Shown: positions 1-13,429, counted from the first letter of the stretch. The stretch: DNA of 64,000 nt from Octopus vulgaris (GCA_951406725.2 OX597831.1:76694001-76758000), one strand, 5' to 3'. Translations and numbers: made by a program. The notes: a model not told the origin generated them from the letters alone.

Positions 1-453
1 GTATTGAGAGTATTACCACACCCAACTCCATAAAATTTCAAGCAGGAGTATAACAAAAATTTCCCATAAAGATTTGTGGCTGAATTAACGAGTAAGGTTA
101 ATATTTACAATGAATTTACTAAGTACACCTGACACACCGTAGAGTAAACACGTCCCTCACCTGTTTATTTCCACCTATAAACGACGCCCAAGGAATTTCT
201 TTCAAGTGTTAACTGTATTATTGTGAATCTATGGGTAAGGATTCACTCATGTAAGATGTTCCACGTGTATGCATGAGTGATTAGACAAACGAAAGAAAAA
301 AAGCACTCAATACATTTAGTAGGAGCTACAGGTTATTTAAACTAGTATGATTTGGATCCATGTGGCTTAAAGTTAGAAACCTGCACAACTTTAAGTCACA
401 TGGGGCTGAATCAAACTGCTTTAGATAATAATATATACATATATATGTGTGTG

Positions 454-499
<46 letters not shown>

Positions 500-780
500 C
501 CTATATATATATATATATATTCCGTCCAACCCATGCTAGCATGGAAAACAGACGTTAAACGATGATGATGATGATGATATATATATATATATATATACAT
601 AGAACTTTTTGAAAAGGTTCCTACAGATAATGGTTATATTTTCCATACTGAAATCTACCCAGAAATATTTGTTGATTTTGAAATTAATAATTATTTACCC
701 TTATATTATTAATAAATAAATATATATATATATATATACACTCACACACACACATACATACATACATATATATATATATA

Positions 781-1200
781 TTCTTTTATGTGTGTCAGTA
801 ATTTGACTGTGGCCATGCTGGAGCACCACCGTTAGTCAAGCAAATCGACCTCAGGACTTATTCTTAGTAAGCTTAGTACTTATTCTATCTGTTTCTTTTG
901 CCGAACCGCTAAGTTACAGGGATGTTAACACACCAACATCAGTTGTGAAGTGGTGTTGTGGGGGGGGGGGGGGCAAACACAGACACACAAACATGCACAC
1001 ACATACACACACGCGTGCACACACACATACACACTCACATATATTTATATACAATGGGCTTCTTTCAGTTTCCATCTACCAAATCCACTCTCAAGGCATT
1101 GAAGCTATAGTAGACGACACTTACCCAAGGTGCCACACAGTGGGGATGAACCTGGAACCATGTGGTTGGTAAGCAAGCAACTTACCACACAGCCACCCCT
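781..1200 (-). mobile_element. tRNA-derived CORE-like SINE, family A
   Basis: Matches the full-length copies (head ggctgtgtggtaag...gggttcagtccc, core ccttgggcaagtgtctt, tail gactgaaacaagtaaaag). Confidence 0.8.
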
Positions 1201-1249
1201 ACATACATACATACATACATACATACAGACAGGTAGATAGATAGATATG

Positions 1250-1287
<38 letters not shown>

Positions 1288-1732
1288 TCTTCTCACTCAC
1301 ATACGTACACACACACAAATGTTTTGCTATATACAGACATCTGTATATACATATATACAGATACGCATACATCTATATATACATATACATATATATATAT
1401 ACATATAAATATTTTGTTACACACACCTACATAAATATACCAAGCTATTTTTTTGTACTTTTTTCCCTCAATGAACTCTGGCCAAGCTGGAGTTTCACCT
1501 TTCCCAGTACTTCGCACAGGTACTTGTTTTCTTTTCATCTTTATTTGTCAATCCAATAAGTTACAGGATATAAAAATAGAATCTGAGATCAAACACAACT
1601 GGGCTTCATGACGTTTTTTTCATTTTCCTGGACTTAATAAAATGAAGTACCAGTGATGTACTTGGGGCTGGGAGAGCAATATAACTGACTAAATCCTCGT
1701 CCCGAATTTCTGGCCTTGTTCCAATATTAGAT

Positions 1733-1767
<35 letters not shown>

Positions 1768-2111
1768 AATGATGATGATGAGGAGGAGGAGGAGGAAGAG
1801 GCAGAGGAGGACGACAACCATAACGACAACGACAACGATCATATAAGCAGAGAGATAATGGTAGTAACGATGATTACTAATTATCATCATGATTATTGTG
1901 GTCATTGTCGATGTTGTTGTTGTTGCTGTTATTAAGGTGGAAAGTCGGCAAAATTTTTACTGCACCAAACAAAATGCTCCATCTGCAGGGTTTTAAGTTC
2001 AAATTCTGCCAGGATTGACTTTGTCTTTTACCCTTTCAGGGGTTGATAAAACGTGTGCCAGTCAAACACTGAAGTCAATGTACTCCACATAATCCCTCCA
2101 GCAAAACTTGT

Positions 2112-2311
2112 CAAACCTCAAGAAATTTTCTTAGGATTCTTGCAGGAAACAAAGTAGAACTTTTCCTGCAGGTTACCATTTTAGTCTCAACTCCAAAATC
2201 TTTCAGACTCTTAGGTGGCAGTTTGCAGGTAACGTCAAGTGTACCAGTCTTCACAGGAATAATTGTCCATCTTAGTCTTCTCCGATCTCTTCATCTCTCT
2301 GGCTAGATTCT
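2112..2311 (-). mobile_element. R4/Dong-like RLE LINE 3' relic
   Basis: Translates with a frameshift to QNLAREMKR..TIIPVKTG..FPARILRKFLEV*; abuts a short (TAA)n tract. Confidence 0.6.
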
Positions 2312-2660
2312 GTTATTATTATTAAGTGGGTGAGCCGTTAGAACCATACTTAGTGACGCTTATTCTGGCTCTTTTTACATTTTGAGTTCAAATCCCACCA
2401 AAGTCAGTTTTACTGGTATTTATTTTATTGACCCCTTTCGGGGGCCTATAGAATAAAGTACCAGTAATGTATTGGTACTGATGTAATTGGCTTGCTTTCT
2501 CCCATCAAAAAGCTGGCCTTGAGCCAAAATTTAGAGAGTATTAATATAAGTATGATCAACATCATCATTATTGCCATAGTTTTTTCCCTCAATATCACCT
2601 TAATGTAATGTAGTCCAATTTCCCATTTTTTCCCTCCTTTTTCCACTGGAGTAGAAGTGT

Positions 2661-2815
2661 TTAAAATATATGCAAAACTGAATTAAATCCAAGGTATTTG
2701 AAGTTCTTTATGTCACGAGAACTGACTTTCGGTGGTAGAAAGTAGAAAAGCAGAGCAAGTATAATCACTATAAACATTGTGAATTCCAAGCGTGTGTACC
2801 GGTCATTTCGTCGAA
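2661..2815 (-). CDS. Last coding exon of the SLC35-like gene
   Basis: Acceptor gtttctatttgcAG at 2815. The phase-1 join to exon 6528 gives VRRNDRYTRLEFTMFIVIILALLFYFLPPKVSSRDIKNFKYLGFNSVLHIF*, with TAA at 2663-2661 and one TM segment. Confidence 0.7.
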
Positions 2816-3170
2816 CTGCAAATAGAAACATTTAATAAAGATAATAAAACATAGAAGAAGCATGTAACAGTCCAAATAACATTTGTAATACGTTGGTGAT
2901 AAATCACTGATGATAATCATATAACATAACATACAGCATACACATTTTCTTTTTCTTTTACTTTCTTTTACTGGTTTCAATCATTAGACTGCAGTCACGA
3001 TGGGGTACAGCCTTCAAGGGTCTTAGTCAAACAAGTCAACCTTTGTACATTTTTTTCTTTGGAAAGTCTGGTACTTATTCTATCGGTTTCTTTTATTGAA
3101 CTGCTTAGTTATAGTGACCTAAACAAAGACTGGTTGTCAAGTGGTAGTAGAGGATAAACACAGCACACAT

Positions 3171-3257
<87 letters not shown>

Positions 3258-3317
3258 TACATCACTTACTATACCCAGGATTTAAATTTGAGCTACTTTT
3301 AATAATAACGTAATAAT

Positions 3318-3720
3318 AATGAAATTATTGTATACAGTGCTCAGGTGCACCACAACTTGTCAAAAGTGCGTATAAAGCATATGCAGTAATGTACAAATGT
3401 CTGACAAGTGAACAGTGTATGAGTCAGATACATGCTTGCATGTGTATGGAGGGGGAGAAAATCAGATGTAGTGTTGGCGAATCTCAGGAAGCATGGAAGT
3501 CTTGAAGGATGCAGTGCTCTGACAACTAACAACTGATGCCGGCAGTTTGTTCCATGCTTCAGCAACTCTTAGTGTGAAAATATGTTTCCGAAAGTCATGG
3601 GAGCTGTGCTGTTTTCTGACTTTGTAAACATGTCCACGGGTGTTAGACGGGTGGAGTTTGAAAAGGTGCTCAGAGTTATTGTTTGTAAGATGGTTAATAA
3701 TTTTATGTTTCATACTGTGA
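3318..3720 (-). mobile_element. CR1/L2-clade LINE 3' fragment
   Basis: NTRGHVYKVRKQHSSHDFRKHIFTLRVAEAWNKLP, a typical CR1 RT C-terminus; (TTA) tail. Confidence 0.85.
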
Positions 3721-3989
3721 AAGCTATGCATTTCAAAGTAAACTTTCAGACTCAAATATACAAGATTGTCTGAGCATTATATTTTCAGAGACATGAAACT
3801 AATTGTAGCTAGAATCCAAATCTTGTTCATACTAAGTGATTTTTTATCTCTCACTGGATGGAGCAATTTTTTGCTGATCCCACCAATAATGGAATGGCAC
3901 ATTTTATATCTGTCTGTCTGCTTGCTGCCTACCTGCCTACTTACCTACCTGCCTGTATATCTATCTGTCTGTCCATTTATCTATCTATC

Positions 3990-4665
3990 TATGTCGAACG
4001 ACTGCTGTCACGTGTGGGACGTGTCGGTTTATCAGCCGAGTCTATCGTTAATATCGTCACGCCTCCTTCCTTCAAATAGGAAAGAAGAGCTATTTTTATC
4101 ATCCTTGTGGCTATGGCGAAAGAATGTATCTGGTGGATGCGTCTGAAAGGATTGGAGACAAATACTTTCCTCTTTGGTCAATCTCTCATCAACTTCTTCA
4201 AGTATCACTTGAAAAGGAAAGTGAGAGTAGAGAGGCAAGTTTTGTCTAGTGAATGTTTAAAAAAAAAGATGGGTGAATGTAGCAAGGATGGCACGTATGA
4301 ATGATGAAGCCACCTTGAGCATAATCCTATGAACCTGGAAAATTTAAAAGAGAGGGTTACCTACTTGCAAACAAATGTGGTAACATGTAACATTATTGAC
4401 CGAGGTTACCGTGGTCTTTTCCGTAGGCTTTTCTTTCCACAGATAAACCTTATCTGCTTCCCCCTTTACACTTTACATCATGACACTGTGATACACGATC
4501 CCTATTGATCGATTTTTTTTATCTTCTTTCCCTTTTATGATCCCTTTTGATCGAAAACCTACCCCACTTTTTTTCTTTTTTTTTCTTTTCTCTCCCCCAA
4601 AAAGATAAACTCTAATTTGTAATCTGTCCCGTCTGTGTGCAGCCCTGTGTGGCTAATAAAGAAAC
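3990..4665 (+). mobile_element. Tx1/L1-like LINE 3' fragment in (TATC)n
   Basis: ERLLSRVGRVGLSAESIVNIVTPP..AMAKECIWW; homologous to 41143-42143; ends aataaagaaac followed by (TATC)n. Confidence 0.8.
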
Positions 4666-4680
4666 ATATCTATCTATCTA

Positions 4681-4717
<37 letters not shown>

Positions 4718-4759
4718 ATCTGTCTATCTATCTATCTATCCATCCATCCATCCATCATG

Positions 4760-4813
<54 letters not shown>

Positions 4814-4904
4814 CCTATCTATCTATCTATCTATCTATCCATCCATCTATCCATCCATCTATCTGTCTGTCTGGCTGTCTATCTATCTATCTATCTATCT
4901 GTCT

Positions 4905-5831
4905 ATACCTGACCCGCCTGTTTGAAACGACTTTCGGGCCGGGACCTATAGAAAACTTCCAGAGATCCCTGGCCTGGCAGAGCTACCGAGAAGCGCTACC
5001 CGTTTGAGATAAGCTCTATAGGCATGGCTCGAGAAAAAGACGGGGCCGACCTGCCCGAGATGCGGTCAGAGCGACGAAACCATTCTGCACGCAATCGTGC
5101 AGTGTCCAGCAATTTCCGACCTGTGGGCTTATGTCGAATGACTGCTGTCACGTGTGAGACGTGTCAGTTTATCAGCCGAGTCTATCGTCAATATCGTCAC
5201 GCCTCCTTCCTTCAAACGGGAAGGAAGAGCTATTTTTATCATCCTTGTGGCTATGGCGAAAGAATGTATCTGGTGGACGCGTCTGAAAGGATTAGAGACA
5301 AACACTTTCCTCTCTGGTCAATCTCTCATCAACTTCTTCAAGTATCACTTGAAGAGGAAAGTGAGAGTAGAGAGGCAAGTTTTGTCTAGTGAATGTTTTA
5401 AAAAAAGATGGGTGAATGTAGCAAGGATGGCACGAATGAATGACGAAGCCACCTTGACTATGATTCTATGAACCGTAAAAATTAATACAGAGAGTTGATT
5501 ATTTGCAAAAAAAAAAAAAAAGAAATATAACATGTGACTTCATTGACTGAGGTTACCGTGGTCTTTTCCGTAGGCTTTTCTTTCCACGGGTAAACCTCAC
5601 CTGTCATCCCCTTTACACTTCATATTGACATTTCTGTGATACCGATCCCTATTGATCAATTCCCCCCCCCACTTTTTTAAAAATTTTATTCCCCCTTTTT
5701 TTTGTCCTCTTTCTTTCCCTTTACGATCCCTTTTGATCGAAAACCATACCCCCTTTTTTTACCCCCCAAAAAAAGCTTTACCTTGTAATTTGTCCTGTCT
5801 GTGTGCAGCCCTGTGTGGCTAATAAAGAAAC
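4905..5831 (+). mobile_element. Tx1/L1-like LINE 3' fragment in (TATC)n
   Basis: Same family; CPRCGQ..HAIVQCP zinc knuckle; TATC arrays on both flanks. Confidence 0.8.
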
Positions 5832-5874
5832 ATATCTATCTATCTATCTACCTTTCTACCTATCTATCTATCTA

Positions 5875-5920
<46 letters not shown>

Positions 5921-6094
5921 CATCCATCCATCCACCTACCTACCTACCTACCTACCTACCTACCTACCTATCAATCTATGTATCTATCTATCTATCAGTT
6001 GATTGTCAACTGCCGACAGTTCATGTAGTTTCCTTATTTTATTGAAATGCACCATTCCCCTTTTGGTTACATAGGGGTGGTCAGGACCCTTCCA

Positions 6095-6410
6095 CAATAA
6101 AGACCAAAGCAACTATGTTTGCTTATTGATCAACTTGGGTATTCCTTGTGATCATAATATCTTGGCAAAAGAATTTAGTAAGTTCAGAAAATATAAAGAT
6201 TTGTTCATTGAAATTGAAAGAAAAATGTGACATCTCAAGGCTGTTACAATACCAGTGATTGTAGTGGCACAAGGAATGATCAAACAAGAAATTGAAGCTT
6301 TATCTGAGAATGGTTCCTGGCTTACCATCCTTGCAATAAGGGTGGGCAAAAAAATTGTTTTGACTGGTACATCGCACACATTGTGAAGAACATTGTTGCT
6401 GTGAGGACAA
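6095..6410 (+). mobile_element. Old R4/Dong-like RLE LINE relic in an intron
   Basis: GIPCDHNILAKEFSKFRKYKDLFIEIERKM*HLKAVTIPVIVVAQGMIK. Confidence 0.65.
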
Positions 6411-6473
6411 TCTCCAGCCAGGTAAATTTTTGTTCTTGCTTACATAACTTCATTTCACGACGACGACGACGAC

Positions 6474-6509
<36 letters not shown>

Positions 6510-6527
6510 AACAACAATTATAATTAC

Positions 6528-7450
6528 CTGTAAATTCGCTCTGTTCTGTAAATTTATAAGTTGACATGATGTAAATAATCACACCGCAAACACACAGCAA
6601 CAACAAGAGAAACAACTTGACATTTCGGAATAATAGCAGAATATCCTTGACATCAGTTTGGCAGAGGAATTGAGACAACATAGAAAAGATAGCCACCATG
6701 ACAGTGGTGTATTTCTTAAGAAAATTCGTTAGCATTAAGATTGTAAGCACAGTGTGTACATAAGTGGCCATCAGGATCTTAAAGAAATCAAGCTTCATAC
6801 TAGGAGCGTAAACCGATCCGATAATGCCCAGTAAAAGAAATAATGTGACAAGGAACGCTATGATCTTGGTTTTGCAGCGAGTGTGTAAATCTATGTTTTC
6901 TATATAAATTTGTTTCATAGCAATGTTACGGCAGATAAAAAGTACAACCACTGCCATCCCCATGGTAACATCGATCTGATTCAGTTGTGTGGAAGATCCA
7001 GTGAAGAATGAGATGCCGAGAGCTCCTATGGTTAATATTAACACTGCCACAATTTGTACAGCTGGCAATATAATTCCAAAGAAAAGTTTGTCCAATATTA
7101 AAGAGAGGAAAGGTTGCAGTGAGATAAATATCAACACCACATTAGACTTCGTATCTAAAGGGTAGGTGTTTAGATAATTCTCAAAGAATATTGCAAAGAA
7201 ATGGGAAAAATATCCAATGATGGCACCTTCAAGAATGGCCTTGCTATGTTTTGGAATTTCCATTTTAATAATAGTCAGTAATATTATAATTTCTATAAGA
7301 GCGGGTAGGAAGCATAATCCAAGAGATCCTGGACTGTTCATGGGAAATGCAATAGTCTTGGAAGTTGGAAACATTAATCGGAATGAGAGTAGTTGAAGAA
7401 TGATCCAGAATAAAACTGTGACTGGAGCCTGCCAGTCTGTTTTCTGCTCC
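6528..7450 (-). CDS. Main coding exon of an SLC35/drug-metabolite-transporter-like multi-pass membrane protein
   Basis: Acceptor ttctcttttacttctcAG|ggag at 7450; donor acag|GTAATT at 6528. The 923-nt exon is open throughout (EQKTDWQAPVTVLFWIILQLLSFRLMFPT...EQSEFT) with about 9-10 hydrophobic segments. The FISLQPFLS and LFICRNI motifs resemble the TPT/SLC35 family (from recall). Confidence 0.8.
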
Positions 7451-7744
7451 CTGAGAAGTAAAAGAGAAACAAAATAATGGTTTAATTAAATATTGATTGG
7501 TTAATGGCATAAATGAGGAATCATAGCAGTAAGAGTACAAGACATTTTGGAACAACTCTTTGGTATTACCGATTCAACATTGACTTCCTTTTACTTGTTT
7601 CAGTCATTTGACTGAGGCTATGCTGGAGCACTGCCTTTTAGTTGAAGAAATTTATCCCTGGACTTATTCTTTTCAAGCTTGGTGCTTATTCTATTGGCCT
7701 CTCCTGTCGAACCGCTAAGTTACAGTGACGTAAACACACCAGTA

Positions 7745-8060
7745 TCATCATCATCATCATCATCATCATCATCGTTTAACGTCCGTTCTCCATGCTAGCA
7801 TGAGTTACACGGTTCGACCGGGGTTCTGGGAAGCCAGAAGGCTGCACCAGGCTCCAGGTCTGATCTGGCAGTGTTTCTACAGCTGGATGCCCTTCCTAAC
7901 ACCAACCACTCCGTGAGTGTAGTGGGTGCTTTTTACGTGCCACCTGCACAGGTGCTAGGTGAGGCTGGCAACGGCCACAGTCGGATTGGTGCGTTTTACA
8001 TGCCACCGGCACGGAAGCCAGTCGGGGCGGCACTGGCTTCAGCCACGATTCGGATGGTCA
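7745..8060 (-). mobile_element. SINE family E (Meta-like domain, (GAT)n tail, internal ~60-bp repeats)
   Basis: ttaggaagggcatccagctgtagaaac domain; tail ggacgttaaacgatgatg. Confidence 0.75.
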
Positions 8061-8104
8061 GTTGTATATATATGTATATATACATATTTATGTATGTATA
8101 TATA

Positions 8105-8137
<33 letters not shown>

Positions 8138-8138
<1 letters not shown>

Positions 8139-8472
8139 AAGGCGCATGGTTCAGTGGTTAGAGCGTCGAGCTTACGATCGTGAGGTTGTGAGCTCAAATC
8201 CCGGACCGGGCTGCGTGTTGTGTTCTTGAGCAAGACACTTTATTTCACGTTGCTCCAGTTCACTCAGCTGTAGAAATGAGTTGCGACGTCACTGGTGCCA
8301 AGCTGTGTCGACCTTTGTCTTTCCCTTGGATAACACTGGTGGCGTGGAGAGGGGAGGCTGGTATGCATGGGCGACTGCTGGTCTTCCATAAACAACCTTG
8401 CCCGGACTTGTGTCTAGGAGGGTAACTTTCTAGGTGCAATCCCATGGTCATTCATGACCGAAGGGGGTCTTT
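8138..8472 (+). mobile_element. tRNA-derived SINE family C
   Basis: A box tggttcagtggttagagcg and B-box-like gagctcaaatccc; near-identical copy at 49320-49641 (-). Confidence 0.8.
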
Positions 8473-9319
8473 ATATATATATATATATATATATTTATGA
8501 GCTTCTTTACATTTTCCGCCTACCAAATCCACTCACAAGCTTTGGTTGGCCCAAGGTTGTAGTATAAGACCCTTGCCCAAGCTGCCATGCAGTGGGACTG
8601 AACCCAGAAACATGTGGTTGGGAGCAAGCTTCTTACCACAAAGCCATGCCAGCGCCTATTATATTTTTATATTTTTACATTTTTCATTTTCTATTTTTTT
8701 TTAAACATATTTTTCAATTTCTGGCTGTTTTAATCAGTGAATTTTTTTATTTTTGTTTTTTTATTTAGACAAGAATGGAATTTCTTGACATATTTTTACA
8801 GGAAGAAAAGAAAGAAAGAAAAATAAAAAACCCATTAAAAGTATAAAAGATCAAATTAATGAGAAGAAATACCCCCTAATTACCTCACCTTACAAACATG
8901 GAAAAAGAACAAAAATGGGACGTGGGGTGGGTGGAGGGAGTACTGAGTTGTACAATCCAAAACAAATGGTGTGTTTAGCCGTTCCTCATGGATATGGCTG
9001 CAAAGGCGCCGCTGCAGAGAATGGTTAGAGACACACAGACTGCAGCAGCCTCCTCCTCCTCCTCCCCCACCTCACGTGACCTCAGGCATCTTAATGTTTC
9101 CCTCATTCTTTCCTTCTTCTTTCCCTCCGCCATCTTTCTTTGTGTCTACGTGTGTTATCATATTTGCCTTTCGGTGCATGAGGAGAGGCTGTGGTGCTCG
9201 TCAGAAGTGTTCACCAAATGAATTGTGATGTCTCTCTTCCCTTCTCTCTCTCTCCCTCTCCCCTCTCTCTTCCGTCTCCCTCTCTCTCACTCCCTCTTTC
9301 TCTCTGTTTATGTGTGTAA

Positions 9320-9910
9320 TCATCATCATCATCGTTTAACGTCTGCTTTTCCATGCTGGCATGGGTTGGACGATTTGACTGGCAAACCAGATGGCTGCAT
9401 CAGGTCCCAATCTTGATTTGGCAGAGTTTCTACAGCTGGATGCCCTTCCTAATGCCAACCACTCTGAGAGTGTAGTGGGTGCTTTTACATGCCACCGGCA
9501 TGAGGGCCAGTCAGGCAGTACTGGCAACGGCCACACTCAAATGCTTCTTTTTATGTGCCACCTGCACAGGAGCCAGTCCAGTGGCACTGGGAACCAACTT
9601 GCTCAAATGTATTTTCGCGAGCCACCAGTACAAGTGCTAGTAAGGCGATGCAGGTAACGATCACGGTCGAATCATCATCATCGTTTAACGTCCGCTTTCC
9701 ATGGGTTGGACAAATGACAGAGGGCTGCGAACCAGATGGCTGCACCAGGCTCCAATCTGATCTGGCAGAGTTTCTACAGCTGGATGCCCTTCCTAACACC
9801 AATCAATCCGAGAGTGTAGTGGGTGCTTTTACGTGCCAGTCAGGTAGTACGGGCAAAGGCCATGCTCAAATGGCGCTTTTTATGTGCCACCTGCACAGGA
9901 GCCAGTCCAG
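9320..9910 (-). mobile_element. Two adjacent SINE family E copies
   Basis: catcatcgtttaacgtc tails at about 9325 and 9675. Confidence 0.75.
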
Positions 9911-10204
9911 CAATCTTGAGATTGCTCCAATCTGGCCAGCCCCAAGGAAAAATTGAGCTAAGAGCATTAGATTCCTTGGAAAAAGGATCGAATGTATACG
10001 AAACAAGGACAGAAAAACGGACGATCTTACACAAATATAAATACAAAAAAAAAACAAAATATAATTCGAATATAAATACAAAAAAAAAACAATAATGATA
10101 ATAATAAAAACAGGACATAACAACAATGTCTATGAGGAGGGTTTATGCCAATCTTGTTCGATTAATTGTGGACGTGTATGGCTTAGTGGTTAGGGTGATA
10201 GACT

Positions 10205-10660
10205 CATCATCATCATCATCATCGTTTAACGCCTGCTTTCCATGCTGGCATGGGTTGGACGGTTTGACTGAGGACCAGCAAGCTAAGCAGCCTCTTGGCT
10301 TGCCAGTCCTCAGTCAAACCTAATCTAGCAAGGTTTCTACAGCTTGATGCCCTTCCTAATGCCAACCATTCCGAGAGTGTAGTGGGTGCTTTTTACGTGC
10401 CACTGGCACAGGGGTCAGTCAGACAGTACTGGCATCAACCACATTTGAATGGTGCTTTTATGTGCCACCAGCACTAGAGCCGGTCAGGTTGTACTAGCAT
10501 TGACCACACTCAAATGGGGTTTTTATGTGCCACTGGCACAGAAACCAGAGAGGCGGCACTAGCATCAATCAATCTCAAACGGTAGTTCTTATGTGCCACC
10601 TGCATGGGTGCCAGTCAGGTGGCACTGACATCAGCCACGACTACGATTTCACTTGACTCA
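10205..10660 (-). mobile_element. SINE family E with 4-5 internal ~60-bp repeats
   Basis: Repeated ggtgcttttaygtgccac..gcac units. Confidence 0.75.
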
Positions 10661-11032
10661 ACAGATGATCATAAGATTGTGGTTTCAATTCCAGGACCAG
10701 GTGATGTATTGTGGTTTTGAGCAAAGCACTTCATTTCACATTTCATGTTACTCTAATTCACATGGCTGGAGCAACTTGAGTATTTGTGTGACAAACTGGT
10801 GTCCTATCAAGTGAGGGAGTATATACACCCGAAAATCCAGGAAACTGGCCCTATGAGTGTTATGGGGATACTAGTAATAAATGGTAAACCCCCTCCCATG
10901 TGACAAGTGGTATGTGCTAGTCATTATAAATACTGACAGTCAGTGTCAGTATAAGTAGGAGAGAGCACAGAGGTAAACAGTCATAGATAGTTGTAGACTT
11001 GTTTGTCTTACTAACTATACTGCAACACTAGT

Positions 11033-11416
11033 GAAAGCGCAATGGCCCAGTGGTTAGGGCAGCGGACTTGCGGTCGTAGGATCGCGGTTTCGATTCCCAG
11101 ACCGGGCGTTGTGAGTGTTTATTGAGCGAAAACACCTAAAAGCTCCACGAGGCTCTGGCAGGGATGGTGGTGATCCCTGCTGTACTCTTTCACCACAACT
11201 TTCTCTCACTCTTACTTTCTGTTTCTGTTGTACCTGTATTTCAAAGAGCCGGCCTTGTCACTCTCTGTGTCATGCTGAATATCCCCGAGAACTGCGTTAA
11301 GGGTACATGTGTCTGTGGAGTGCTCAGCCACTTACACGTTAATTTCACGAGCAGGCTGTTCCGTTGATCGGATCAACCGGAACCCTTGTCGTCGTAACCG
11401 ACAGAGTGCTTCCACA
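11033..11416 (+). mobile_element. tRNA-derived SINE family D
   Basis: A box tggcccagtggttaggg and B box ggtttcgattccc; related copies at 14760-15056, 23040-23228 and 33600-33915 (-). Confidence 0.8.
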
Positions 11417-11678
11417 TACTGCCACAGTGGAGTGGATGTGATAGCAGTCTGACAGAGGATTACAACAGTGAGCGTATGTGACGTGAGAAGGAGCTCTATC
11501 CTTTTTATATACAATAGTCTCTCTCTCTCTGTTTATGTCTATGAGGTGAGAGAAAGAATTTATGGCAATTGTGTTCAAATAATAAATCGTAATGTCTCTC
11601 TCTTTCTCTCTCACTCTTTCTATAAAAAACACAAAAGCTTCCCTCCAGAACAGTTTTAACAGCTATATGTGTGTACCT

Positions 11679-11727
<49 letters not shown>

Positions 11728-12044
11728 CCCTTGTCTAGAGGTTATATAATGTTTGTAAATGAGTGTCACCATCATACAAGCGTGGTAGTTTGTAATCTTC
11801 CATGAAACTCATGACTAGATATAGAAAAATATCCAACAAGAAAGACATTCAGCCATGGAAGATCTGCCCCAACATATTCCTTCTAACCCATGCAAGCATA
11901 GAAAAAGGGAAGTTAAATGTTAACGATGGTGATACATGTATGTGTGGTGATGGTGTATGAGAATGAAGATAAGGAGAAAGATTAAGAGGAAGATGAAGAT
12001 GATGATGAGGAGGAAAAGTAAATGACATATTAATAAATATTTAT

Positions 12045-12400
12045 ATATTTGTTGTGCAAGATTTTTTATGTGAAGTTGTGTGTTGAAACAGATATTGTTA
12101 TATTTCGGAATAAAAACACACGCACTATATATTTGGTGTTACTTTGCTTCAGTGTTATTTATTTTTTACATTAATCTTAATCTTATTTCGGCCAGAGTTC
12201 TTTCGTCACACTCCTGTGACCGCATCAGTGGTCCTTTGTTTTCTTCTTTCTTATTTGTGTCTCTCCTTACTAACCGAAATAAGATTAAGATTAATGTAAA
12301 AAATAAATAACACTGAAGCAAAGTAACACCAAATATATAGTGCGTGTGTTTTTATTGGCTAAACTGGCAAAATGACCATTCCGAAATATAACAATAATAA
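12045..12400 (-). mobile_element. PLE pseudo-LTR fragment with inverted duplication
   Basis: 83-bp inverted arms 12109-12191 and 12274-12356; same family as 37288-37590 and 54268-55890. Confidence 0.75.
12190..12234 (-). ncRNA. Minimal type-I hammerhead-like motif (core CUGAUGC)
   Basis: cca-CTGATGC-G-GTCAC aggagt GTGAC-GAAA-G aa C-TC-tgg. Confidence 0.55.
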
Positions 12401-12625
12401 ATATTTGTTTCTCTTTTGTGAATTAATATTCATCTCATCATTTTGTATTAGCCCCAAGAAATTTGATGCCGGTTAAATCATAATTTTTAATCATTGTACG
12501 TAAGCCATATTTTCCTTATATTACCCCATGGCGACGAAAGTATACTTGCCAAGTTACCTGTCATGGGATGGGCAATGCTCTAGCAAGAATGATAAACATA
12601 AGAATAATAATTTGGAAATACTTAC

Positions 12626-12684
12626 ATGGCTAGAATTTGTATCACAGTACGAGATTTGGTAAAATGTTCATGAAATAGGATTCC
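12626..12684 (-). CDS. 59-nt upstream exon supplying the AT of the start codon (5'UTR or coding)
   Basis: Acceptor tttgctttcttctaatttcAG and donor gccat|GTAAGTAT. Joining to 7450 gives gccATGg in frame with the transporter ORF. Confidence 0.6.
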
Positions 12685-13429
12685 CTGAAATTAGAAGAAA
12701 GCAAATAATTCTGTGACTGAGAAGATCCAGCAAATAAAATGAGTCCACAGCTGTAACCTATACCAGTGTCGCATAACTTGCCCACTCAAGAATACCTTGG
12801 ATTGTAGGGTGACATGCCATGCTTGAGGAGACCTATTGGGTCAAGTACATCAAGAGCAATATCAAAATCAAATCAAATGGAAATTGTAGTTGTGACTCCC
12901 AGGCTGGTAGCACATAAAAAGCACCGTCCAAATGTGGCCAATGCCAGTGCCGCTTTGACTGGCTTCTGTGCCGGCATCAGCATCAGTTGTCAAGCAATGT
13001 TGGGGGACAAACACTCACACACATATATACGATGGGCTTCTTTCAGTTTCTTATGTAAATAATGTACATAATTCTTCATCTTTTAAACATAGAACTGCAT
13101 ATAGGTCATTGCTTGTTAAATTACTATTTCTGGGTTCAGTCCCATTGCATGGCACCTTAGGCAAGTGCCTTCTATGTTAGCCTTGAGCTGACCAAAACCC
13201 ACGTACAAATGAGGTTGGGCAGAATAGGCTATGCAAGGCTTGGTTAGCCCAGGCGAGGGCCATAAAAGTGAAACTGGAATTCTGTACCATAGTGGTTGCA
13301 CAGAGAGCGGGTTTCATGTCAGGTTGTGCAGATTAGAGAAGGGTCAAGGCTGTTGAACCCCTTTCTAACCAAAAGAGCTTCTGTGGCGCTTCTGGGTTTC
13401 TTTGTGCGTGTGTGTGCATGTGTGCATGT

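Noticed and set aside
6322-6527. Poly-His/Arg C-terminus of the 350-aa ORF
   Set aside because: Read-through past the donor at 6528 into (CAT)n/(CGT)n and an antisense LINE relic.
8138-8215. tRNA-like heads here and at 11036, 19905 and 22304
   Set aside because: Pol III boxes belong to multi-copy SINEs; no intact cloverleaf.
12618-12630. U1 snRNA-like 5' sequence atacttacatggc
   Set aside because: It is the reverse complement of a splice donor; no further U1 similarity.
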